Assembly: GCA_963660615.1 (NCBI GenBank)
Contig: CAVKYE010000002.1
Location: 24,073-88,072, forward strand
DNA: 64,000 nucleotides
Reading direction: 5' to 3'
Source: Vescimonas coprocola
Lineage (GTDB): Bacteria; Bacillota_I; Bacilli_A; RF39; UBA660
Within the stretch, counting starts at the first letter, position 1; each line of letters opens with the position of its first letter. Of the stretch, positions 18,163 to 26,000 are shown piece by piece. The position numbers and the translations under genes are program-made. The notes beneath the pieces are model-generated. The model did not search any database, was not told the DNA's origin, and was given only the letters and a program-made list of their open reading frames with translations.

Positions 18163-18180
18163 AAAAAATTAGGAGGTTTT

Positions 18181-18762
18181 ATGATTTATTTTATTTGCGG
18201 ACATAGGGGTTGTGGGAAAAGTTATTTAGTAAGTCAACTTAAAGAAACTATCAAGTGTAAAGTTTATGATACAGGTCCTATATTAAGAAACGAGTATAGA
18301 AAATTTAGTTTGAATTCTGATGTGCCATTTGGAGAGTGGGTTGAAATTAATGAGCAAACGTATGGTGAAAATTTTACAAATCAAGTTATTTGCGAAAATA
18401 TGAATTTAAATTTAGATGAAACAAATATCATTATTGGAAATAGATCGATGATTGGAATAAAATATGCTATTGAATATTTTGGTATAGATAATTATAAAAT
18501 ATGTTTTATTGATGGTGATTTTGACTTGTTTAGGTTAAATTATAATAAAAGAGAAAAATCAAATTTAGATGAAGAAGAGTTTGGGAAAATTATAGCATTA
18601 GAAAATAGTATGGGGATAGAAGAAATAGAACGTTTTGTAAAAAGTAATCCAACTATTGGGTTATATTTTTATAAAGAGACTAATGATGACTTAATATTTC
18701 AAACTATTTTGGAAGACATTAACAATACAAAACCAAAGGTAAAAAAAAGGAGTGAATTATAA
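18181..18762 (+). CDS. P-loop kinase, nucleoside-monophosphate-kinase-like
   Basis: Strong AGGAGG SD. Walker A GHRGCGKS at the N-terminus. VYDTGPILRNEY is reminiscent of the adenylate-kinase NMP-binding STGD.LR motif. The track TTG start at 18151 was rejected. Confidence 0.55.
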   Translation: MIYFICGHRGCGKSYLVSQLKETIKCKVYDTGPILRNEYRKFSLNSDVPFGEWVEINEQTYGENFTNQVICENMNLNLDETNIIIGNRSMIGIKYAIEYFGIDNYKICFIDGDFDLFRLNYNKREKSNLDEEEFGKIIALENSMGIEEIERFVKSNPTIGLYFYKETNDDLIFQTILEDINNTKPKVKKRSEL

Positions 18763-19407
18763 ATGATGGATTGGTATGATGTTTATTTAGAACAAATAAA
18801 TAAAAGTGGTGGAGATAAATCTTATATGGCATTTAAGATTTATCACAAGAAAAAATTGTTGAAAATTTTAAGAAAATATAGTGGAAAAGGGAAATTAATA
18901 GAGGCAGGATGTGGAACAGGTATTATAACTTCACAGTTAGCCAATGAAGGCTATGATGTGACTGGTGTAGATATAAATAAAAAAATATTGAAATTATGTA
19001 AAAAATTAGAAAAAGAATATTTTGGTACTAATAAGGCTAAATATGTTGAAAAATCAATATTTAATTTGGACTTTCCCAAAAAAAGTTTTGATTTATGTTT
19101 TAGTTGTGGTGTTTTGGAGCATTTTGAAGACAATGAAATAATTAATTCAATAAAACAGCAAATAATGATAGCAAATAAGGTAATTATTGTTATACCCACA
19201 AAATGGTTTGATGATGAAGAGGCATTACACGGGGATGATAGATTTTTAAAACTTTCATATTGGAGAAAATTAATTAAAACAAGTGGTGGAAAAATAATAA
19301 AAGAATATTCATACCCTTTTAAGCAAAAATATTATCAAAAAATAAAAAATATTAGAAAAATATTCAGGCCTAAAGCATATAGAGTTTTTGTTGTAGAAGA
19401 AGGTTAG
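18763..19407 (+). CDS. class I SAM-dependent methyltransferase
   Basis: Motif I LIEAGCGTGIIT, then the acidic loop DVTGVDIN and motif FDLCFSCGVLEHF. The start abuts the upstream stop. Confidence 0.85.
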   Translation: MMDWYDVYLEQINKSGGDKSYMAFKIYHKKKLLKILRKYSGKGKLIEAGCGTGIITSQLANEGYDVTGVDINKKILKLCKKLEKEYFGTNKAKYVEKSIFNLDFPKKSFDLCFSCGVLEHFEDNEIINSIKQQIMIANKVIIVIPTKWFDDEEALHGDDRFLKLSYWRKLIKTSGGKIIKEYSYPFKQKYYQKIKNIRKIFRPKAYRVFVVEEG

Positions 19408-19411
19408 TAAG

Positions 19412-21118
19412 ATGGAAAAAAAGTTTCCAATAATAAAAGCAGGACATATATTTAACCCCTATAAAATAGAAGGTGTAGCAGAATTAAAATTAGATTCTAT
19501 AGTATTAAATTACCCTTGTAGATTAGATGCAATGGCTATAAACCCAGCAGCAGTTGTATATAACTCTGATATGGTATTTACCCCAGGCGAAGTAGTTGTT
19601 TCATTAAATAAATACATAAAAGTAACAATAAAGGTTTTATCTGAAAAAGGTGGGAAAATAATAATTTCAGAGAAAACAAAAAGAAAAGTATTAGTCAAAC
19701 ATTCTTATTTATTGATGTGTTCCGCATTAAATGTCTTTCCTTCTCTGGAAATAGATGTAGATGATAATAATATTCCTAAACATCGTGGATTTGGCTCTAG
19801 TAGTTCTACAATTAGTGCGGTAGCCGCAGCAATAAATGAATTATATGGTTGTCCTATAAAAAATGGCGATTTAATTAAATATTTGGCTTCTAATCACGGA
19901 GAAGAAATAAGTGATGATGATGAAGAAAATTTAAAAGTTGTTCAATGCATTGGAGGGGGTGCTACTAACGGTTTAACAAAGGAAGGAATAATTATTATAG
20001 CCGGTAAATCTACGACTATAGGAAAGTTAGAATATAGCGGTGATGTTTTAATTGGAGTGCCTAAAGATTTTGTGCAGAAAGATGCTAAAGTATTGATGGA
20101 ATTGGAAGAACAAAATCTATGGAAATTTAAAAAAACAGGTGAAGATTATGCTGAAAATATTGCCTATAATTTATTACATAAGGCTTTACCTGGGTTGGCT
20201 AACGGAGATATAAAAGAGTTGGCGGATGTAGTATATGAATATAGATTCAATATGGGAAGTAATGAAAATTGTTCTTTTGTTTATGATGGATTAGTTGAAT
20301 TAGGAAATAATTTAAGATGCTTATACGAGAATAAAGATTGTGAATTTTTAGCGCTATCTTCTGTTGGCCCTGCTTTCTTTGTTATAGTTAATAATGAAAG
20401 ACAAAAACAAAAATGTAAAAATAAAATGGAAGAATTAGCGATGAATGTAATAGAATCGTCAATATGTAATACTACATATCTAATAGAAGAAAAAGAAGAT
20501 AAAAAAATATATTGGCAAGAACAAACAACAAATATTGCGTTTTCGAATAAAGAGCCTTCTAAATATATTACAGATGTTTTAGAAAAAATTGATTTAAAAA
20601 ATAAAAATTGTATAGATATTGGTTGTGGTGGAGGAAGATATACAAAGTATCTTCAAAAAAGAGAAGCCAATGTTTTGGCAATAGATAAGTACCCAGAAAT
20701 GATAGGAAATGTTTATTCACAAAAAATAAATTTTATTAATTGTGATATGAATAATATTCCTGTAAAAGATGATTCATATGATTTAGTACTATCAATTGGT
20801 GTTATACATAATGCGATAACAGTAGATGAGTTTTATAAATCAATAGACGAGATATATAGGATTGCTAATGAGAGCGGTAACGTTGTTTTGTCCTTATTTA
20901 CAAATGATATAATTACAGATGATCTAATAGAATATGGACCAAATTTATATAAAATTAAAAATAGACCACCAATGGTATTATTTTCAAAAGAACAAATAAC
21001 AAAAATATTAAAAGAAAAAAATTTGCATATAGTAAAAGTTATAGATGAACATATAACAGATGTTGGCGGTGGTAAAAGAAATGTTTATACATTATTATTG
21101 GAAAAAAAAGTTATATAA
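19412..21118 (+). CDS. fusion protein: GHMP-kinase-superfamily (beta-RFAP-synthase-like) domain + class I SAM methyltransferase domain
   Basis: The N-terminal ~360 aa carry YPCRLDAMAINPAA and the phosphate-loop-like IPKHRGFGSSSSTISAVAAAINELYG. The C-terminal ~190 aa carry motif I CIDIGCGGGRYTKYL and YDLVLSIGVIHN. Confidence 0.6.
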   Translation: MEKKFPIIKAGHIFNPYKIEGVAELKLDSIVLNYPCRLDAMAINPAAVVYNSDMVFTPGEVVVSLNKYIKVTIKVLSEKGGKIIISEKTKRKVLVKHSYLLMCSALNVFPSLEIDVDDNNIPKHRGFGSSSSTISAVAAAINELYGCPIKNGDLIKYLASNHGEEISDDDEENLKVVQCIGGGATNGLTKEGIIIIAGKSTTIGKLEYSGDVLIGVPKDFVQKDAKVLMELEEQNLWKFKKTGEDYAENIAYNLLHKALPGLANGDIKELADVVYEYRFNMGSNENCSFVYDGLVELGNNLRCLYENKDCEFLALSSVGPAFFVIVNNERQKQKCKNKMEELAMNVIESSICNTTYLIEEKEDKKIYWQEQTTNIAFSNKEPSKYITDVLEKIDLKNKNCIDIGCGGGRYTKYLQKREANVLAIDKYPEMIGNVYSQKINFINCDMNNIPVKDDSYDLVLSIGVIHNAITVDEFYKSIDEIYRIANESGNVVLSLFTNDIITDDLIEYGPNLYKIKNRPPMVLFSKEQITKILKEKNLHIVKVIDEHITDVGGGKRNVYTLLLEKKVI

Positions 21119-22181
21119 ATTATCTAACAGAGATTATTTATGTGATTATTCAAAAATTGAGTCAAAAACAATAGATATGACATTATCAGGAAGATATTTA
21201 TCATCATACCCAAACGTTCAAATATCTATTTCAGAATTTGATAAATATCCTCTATTGACCAACATTAGGGAGTTAGAAGAATTAATTAAGACAAAAACAT
21301 CGACAAACGATGAGATAATAATTGGCAGTGGAGCAAATGGATTATTACAGAATATAATTAAAATATTTTTTAGAAATAGAGGTAATTTAATAACATCATT
21401 TTATTCGTTTGATCAAGCGGAGTATGCAGTAACTTCATTTGATGGAGTAACAAAAAGAGTATATACAAACAATTACAGTTTAGATTTAAACAATGTTATA
21501 AAGGCGATTGATAAGAAATCAAAAATGATTTATATTTGTAATCCGAATAACCCAACAGGAAAATTTATTAATTCAAAAGACTTAATAGAGTTAACAAAAA
21601 AAACAAAAATACCGTTAGTAGTGGATGAATCTGGAATAGAATTTACAGGTAAGAAAGGAATTTTAGAATCAGTACAAAAATTACCTGAAAATTTATTGGT
21701 ATTAAGATCATTTTCTAAAGCATACGGATTAGCAAATTTAAGAATAGGTTATTTAGTTTGTTCAAGGGCATTTAAACAAATTTATCTTAAAAACATAACA
21801 ACTAATGAATATTCTGGGATTTCCTGTTTAATAGCAAAAAATATATTAAATTCATCCGAAAAATATATGGAACAGAATGTTAATCAAATAATAGAAGAAA
21901 AAGTAAAAATGGTAAATCAATTAGAAAAGATGGGTATATATACTGTAGAAAGTTATTCTAATACTATTTTCACCAAAACAATTTTTGATAATAAATTTAT
22001 GAAAGAGTTAGAAAAGAATGATATATCGGTTGTACCCATTTATGATAGAAATAATAATTTACATATTCGTATTGCAATTCAAGATAAAGAAACTAATTCA
22101 GTATTTGTAAAAAAAATGAATGAAATAATGAAAAATAAGAAACTGGTGTTAGGAAAAGAAGAAGATAGAGGTGATATTTAA
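21081..22181 (+). CDS. class I/II PLP-dependent aminotransferase, histidinol-phosphate aminotransferase (HisC)-like
   Basis: ICNPNNPTGKFI, LVVDESGIEF and the Schiff-base lysine motif LRSFSKAYGLANLRIGY. The start is uncertain (21060 or 21081; 21081 follows GGTGGT). Either start overlaps the upstream gene. Confidence 0.85.
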   Translation: MFIHYYWKKKLYKLSNRDYLCDYSKIESKTIDMTLSGRYLSSYPNVQISISEFDKYPLLTNIRELEELIKTKTSTNDEIIIGSGANGLLQNIIKIFFRNRGNLITSFYSFDQAEYAVTSFDGVTKRVYTNNYSLDLNNVIKAIDKKSKMIYICNPNNPTGKFINSKDLIELTKKTKIPLVVDESGIEFTGKKGILESVQKLPENLLVLRSFSKAYGLANLRIGYLVCSRAFKQIYLKNITTNEYSGISCLIAKNILNSSEKYMEQNVNQIIEEKVKMVNQLEKMGIYTVESYSNTIFTKTIFDNKFMKELEKNDISVVPIYDRNNNLHIRIAIQDKETNSVFVKKMNEIMKNKKLVLGKEEDRGDI

Positions 22182-23338
22182 TGAAAATATCTTTAGCAAC
22201 TAATTTTGATGATGAATTAATTGATGGGATAAAAAATTATCCTGTATATGAAATATATGGTAAATTAAAAAATGATTTCATCGGTGGTGGAAGACCGGAT
22301 AATGATTTAATAGATGTCCAAAAGGAAAGATTTGAAAGACATATAAAAAAGACTAGAGAAGCTGGAATTAAATTTAATTATTTATTAAATGGTAGTTGTT
22401 TGTCAAACAATGAGCAAGATATTGGTTGGCAGAAAAATTTCAAAGATTTTTTAGATTATTTAAAATCAGTTGGAGTAAATGCTTTGACAGTAACTAATCC
22501 ATATATATTACAATTTATAAAAAAATACTTTAAAAATGATTTTACTGTTAGAATTTCTACTTTTGCTTGTATTGACTCTTTTGAAAAAGCAAAGTATTGG
22601 GAACAAATGGGAGCAGATTATATTTGCGTTGATTTTGTTAAAATAAACCGTGATTTTAAAACTTTAAAATATATGGTTGAAAATTTGAAAAAATCAAAAA
22701 TAGAAATTTTAGTTACAAATAGTTGTTTGAAAAATTGTCCTATGATTTATACGCACACTAATGGACTAGCCCACGCTTCTATGAAAGACAATAAAACAAG
22801 TGCTTACGAAGATTGGAGTTTATTTTATTGTCAAAAAAAAGAATTAGAAAATTTAGAAGAATATATAAAATCTCCCTGGGTAAGGCCTGAAGATATAAAA
22901 TATTATGAAGAAATAGGAATAGAGCATTTTAAGATTACAGAAAGAGATTTTCCTACATCAGAATTAATAAAAAGAGTAAAGGCTTATACCGAAAGAAAAT
23001 ACAATGGAAATTTATTAGATCTTATACAAGGTCACGGTTGTCTAGCAAAAAGTAATCTGACGTTAGTAAAAAATGAAGTTTCAACAAGAAAAGAAATATA
23101 TGACGAAATAAAGAGAGTAAGAGGATTAGGAAAAGTTAGAGAATGTGAAAGACACATATTTATTGATAATACCAAATTAGATAATTTTATTAAATTTTTT
23201 CTAGAAAATAAATGCACAAATCAATGCGATAAATGTAATTACTGTAAAAAAATATCTAATAGTGTAATCACAAAAAATGAGGATATATGTGAATATTTAA
23301 AATATTTATATAATAAATATGATGATATTAAAATGTAA
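22181..23338 (+). CDS. U32-peptidase-family-like TIM-barrel protein with Cys clusters (possible Fe-S enzyme)
   Basis: ISLATNFDDELID..YGKL..FIGGGRP, FNYLLNGSC and EILVTNSCLKNCP resemble a U32 subfamily. The C-terminal end carries CTNQCDKCNYC (CX3CX2CX2C). TAATG overlap with the upstream gene. Family call is tentative. Confidence 0.5.
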   Translation: MKISLATNFDDELIDGIKNYPVYEIYGKLKNDFIGGGRPDNDLIDVQKERFERHIKKTREAGIKFNYLLNGSCLSNNEQDIGWQKNFKDFLDYLKSVGVNALTVTNPYILQFIKKYFKNDFTVRISTFACIDSFEKAKYWEQMGADYICVDFVKINRDFKTLKYMVENLKKSKIEILVTNSCLKNCPMIYTHTNGLAHASMKDNKTSAYEDWSLFYCQKKELENLEEYIKSPWVRPEDIKYYEEIGIEHFKITERDFPTSELIKRVKAYTERKYNGNLLDLIQGHGCLAKSNLTLVKNEVSTRKEIYDEIKRVRGLGKVRECERHIFIDNTKLDNFIKFFLENKCTNQCDKCNYCKKISNSVITKNEDICEYLKYLYNKYDDIKM

Positions 23339-23484
23339 TTTTTTATGGATAAAATAATAGCATTGATATACTAAATATCATCGTCGAGGATTAACCGGAT
23401 TCGACGAAATAAATGTATACAGTAAAGAAATAAAAGTCTTACGTATATACATAAGATTATGATAAAAATAGGAGGAATTAAAAA

Positions 23485-24072
23485 ATGAAAAAACTAATTT
23501 ATTTAACCACAAATCCTCATAAGGTTGAGGAAGCAAATGAATTTTTTGGAAAAAAGTATGGATTTAACATAGAGATAGTGAATCCTGATTTTGAAATATT
23601 GGAGATACAAGCCGAAAAATGTTCGGAAGTAGCAGCATTTAGCGCTAAATATGCTGCTGATAAATTAGGATGTGCTGTCTTAAAATCTGATTCAGGACTT
23701 TATATAGATGCATTAGGAGGATTACCAGGACCATACAATCATTATTTTGATAAACAGATTGGTGTAGAAAAATTTTTAGAGTTATTTAAAGACGAAACAA
23801 ATAGAAAGGCAAGATTAGAACATTGTTTTGCCTATTGTGAGCCAGGCGAAGATCCAATTGTATTTAGTGGTGGAGGCACTGGAACTATTGCTTATAAGGC
23901 TGAAGGCCAAAGAGGAAGATGGCACGATAAATTTTATATACCCGATGGAGAAGAACAGACATTGAGTGTATTAAGGGATATTGATTATGAAAAAGAAGCA
24001 TCATATTGGGGAGATGCTAAAGATCAATTTGCTAAATGGTATTCTGAAAAATACAAAGATGAATTAAAATAA
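23485..24072 (+). CDS. HAM1/ITPA-type non-canonical NTP pyrophosphatase
   Basis: TTNPHKVEEANEFF (TxNxxKxxE), KSDSGLYIDALGGLPGPY, and RWHDKFYIPDGEEQTLS, which aligns with the ITPA-type GWDPCFQPDGYEQT. Confidence 0.85.
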   Translation: MKKLIYLTTNPHKVEEANEFFGKKYGFNIEIVNPDFEILEIQAEKCSEVAAFSAKYAADKLGCAVLKSDSGLYIDALGGLPGPYNHYFDKQIGVEKFLELFKDETNRKARLEHCFAYCEPGEDPIVFSGGGTGTIAYKAEGQRGRWHDKFYIPDGEEQTLSVLRDIDYEKEASYWGDAKDQFAKWYSEKYKDELK

Positions 24073-24258
24073 TTAAATAAAAAATGTGTAAAAGAAATTC
24101 AAAAATACACGTTTTTTCGAATTCAAATTGTATCAATGAAGACTATAAAATAAGTTGTTCTTTTATACAACAAAATGTGCTAAAAGTTTAATTACTTTAT
24201 TTTCTATCTAATTCGTAAGTTTTGGAGACTGAAAAAATGGCGGAAAGGAATGTTGATT

Positions 24259-24789
24259 ATGGAAAATTTGATTTTAGATGAAGCAGGCTATGCTGCATAT
24301 TTGGAAGATATACATAAACAAGAAGAAAGATTAGCAAAACTAAGAAAATTTAAAGGGGAAGTTGCAATTTATGAAGGAGACGCTTGGCACGATAATTTTA
24401 CTTTTGAACAGACCGAGGCTGAAGAGAGAATGTTAATGGCTGATATTGCAAACAGATATGAAAAACTATCAAAGGCTACGGTTGTGGAGTCTAGCGCCGG
24501 TTTAGGAATTGGTATAAATGACTTGGTTAATATTACTATCACGATCGGAACAAGAGTGAAGGAAATGCATATTTTGATTGTATCATATAAAGATCAAAAT
24601 GAAGATACCGTCGTGTCCGAAATACCTATAAAACAAGTTACTTTGGATAGTCCGTTAGGCAGAGCATTATACCAAAAAGAAGAAGGAGAAGATTTTTCAT
24701 ATAGTGTTGGTGAAAAAAGGATTGAAGGTAAAATTATTTCCGTTGATAAATTTGAACCATTATCTGAAGAAAAAGTAAAAAGGATATGA
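24259..24789 (+). CDS. GreA/GreB-family-like protein (paralog 1)
   Basis: N-terminal coiled coil with GDAWHDNFTFEQTEAEER in place of the Gre GDLSENAEY tip. C-terminal domain with VTLDSPLGRALYQKEEGEDFSY. Second ATG chosen for SD spacing. Confidence 0.7.
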   Translation: MENLILDEAGYAAYLEDIHKQEERLAKLRKFKGEVAIYEGDAWHDNFTFEQTEAEERMLMADIANRYEKLSKATVVESSAGLGIGINDLVNITITIGTRVKEMHILIVSYKDQNEDTVVSEIPIKQVTLDSPLGRALYQKEEGEDFSYSVGEKRIEGKIISVDKFEPLSEEKVKRI

Positions 24790-24879
24790 TACTTGCAATA
24801 AAAATAATGAAATATGTTGTTTATGATTACAATTCTACTAAATAGTATTTCGATTTGCAAATGAATAAATCGAAAATAA

Positions 24880-24923
24880 AAGAATGATATAAATTTAGTG
24901 ATTATTGTTATCATTCTTTTTTT
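24880..24923 (+). terminator. intrinsic terminator
   Basis: 10-bp stem aagaatgata / tatcattctt followed by TTTTT. Confidence 0.7.
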
Positions 24924-25063
24924 GTTTTAGATTTATAAAAATTAAGAAATGTATTGAAACGAAAAAAATGTTAATTTGATTTATTTTAAATTATTTACTT
25001 ATCTGATATATAATAGTATAATCTGATAAAGGATAATTTTATAAGGTTGAATGGAGAATCAGT

Positions 25064-25537
25064 ATGGATAAAATATATATGACAAAAGAAGGTTATGACA
25101 AAAAAATAAAAGAATTTGAAGAAACAAAAAGATTATTAAAAGAAACATCAAAAAATAAAATAGAAGCAGCCTATGATGGCTCTGGTGATACTTGGCACGA
25201 TAATTTTACTTATGAACAGTTAGATTTACAAGAAACAGGACTCCTATCGCGATTGGAAAGTATGCAGGAATTATTAAGTAATGTGGAAATTGTTGAAAAA
25301 AAATCATTAGAGAATAATGTTGTTAATTTAGGAGATCGAATTGCAATTGAGATATACTATGAAGATGGTGAATGTGAAGCATTGGATGTGATTCTTGACG
25401 AGTCGACAGAAGATGAAAATGCTGTGACTTTGAGTTCTCCATTAGGAAAAGTTCTTTATATGTCAAAAATTGGAGATAAACGTACATATTTAGTTAACGG
25501 TAGCACAAATACTGTTATTATAAAAGATAAGTTATAA
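25064..25537 (+). CDS. GreA/GreB-family-like protein (paralog 2)
   Basis: GDTWHDNFTYEQLDLQE tip motif. C-terminal VTLSSPLGKVLYMSKIGDKRTY. Confidence 0.7.
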   Translation: MDKIYMTKEGYDKKIKEFEETKRLLKETSKNKIEAAYDGSGDTWHDNFTYEQLDLQETGLLSRLESMQELLSNVEIVEKKSLENNVVNLGDRIAIEIYYEDGECEALDVILDESTEDENAVTLSSPLGKVLYMSKIGDKRTYLVNGSTNTVIIKDKL

Positions 25538-25707
25538 TATGCGTAATGAAAGAAAATTATAATTAATACACATACTTATTTTATAATATGCTAATAAAAA
25601 AGATTTAAGTGCTATATTATAAACTCTTAAATTTTTAAAATTACTAGAATATCGTATGTAAAAACATCATGTGAAATATATGGCAGTATTTGATATTTAT
25701 ATTTAAA

Positions 25708-25739
25708 CAAAAAAACTATGACTTAACGATAGTTTTTTT
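25708..25739 (+). terminator. intrinsic terminator
   Basis: aaaaaaactat / atagttttttt stem with a 9-nt loop. Confidence 0.6.
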
Positions 25740-25955
25740 CGTTCAAGCAACAAAACACTACTTTCAAGCATAAAATAGTCACAATTTTAAAAATTTAATT
25801 ATAATAGCCCTCCTAGTGAGGTTTGTTATATGGCGGATTCTTTTTCATTTGAAAAAGAATATAGAGGGGAACAAGTAAATATTTTTTATAAAAGAGGCAA
25901 TTTGTCTATTTTTAGATACTTTGTCTCTTTTTTTGTATTCGTTTTTATCAGAGGA

Positions 25956-25991
25956 CCTCCTTTTAACGATTTTAAATTCGTTAGAAGGAGG
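25956..25991 (+). promoter_or_regulatory. 14-bp hairpin that sequesters the Shine-Dalgarno of the sigma-like gene and is followed by a T run
   Basis: CCTCCTTTTAACGA-ttttaaat-TCGTTAGAAGGAGG (one G-U pair), then TTTTGTT. The 3' arm contains GGAGG. Confidence 0.55.
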
Positions 25992-26000
25992 TTTTGTTAT

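Noticed and set aside
18151-18180. The TTG start at 18151 for the kinase-like gene (track ORF MSLFKKLGGFM...).
   Set aside because: The 30-nt extension would be translated from the terminator 3' arm and T run. A perfect AGGAGG lies 5 nt upstream of the ATG at 18181, which gives the Walker A motif at the N-terminus.
23382-23412. The hairpin tcgtcga-ggattaaccggat-tcgacga between the U32-like and HAM1 genes as a terminator.
   Set aside because: The 7-bp stem has no following T run. It may be a processing or regulatory stem, but there is not enough evidence to call it.
25830-26000. The upstream 57 codons of track ORF 25830-26612 (MADSFSFEKEYRG...).
   Set aside because: This part has no SD, a low-complexity translation and contains the SD-sequestering hairpin. 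The conserved protein family begins at ERPKRRKDKYNPY.
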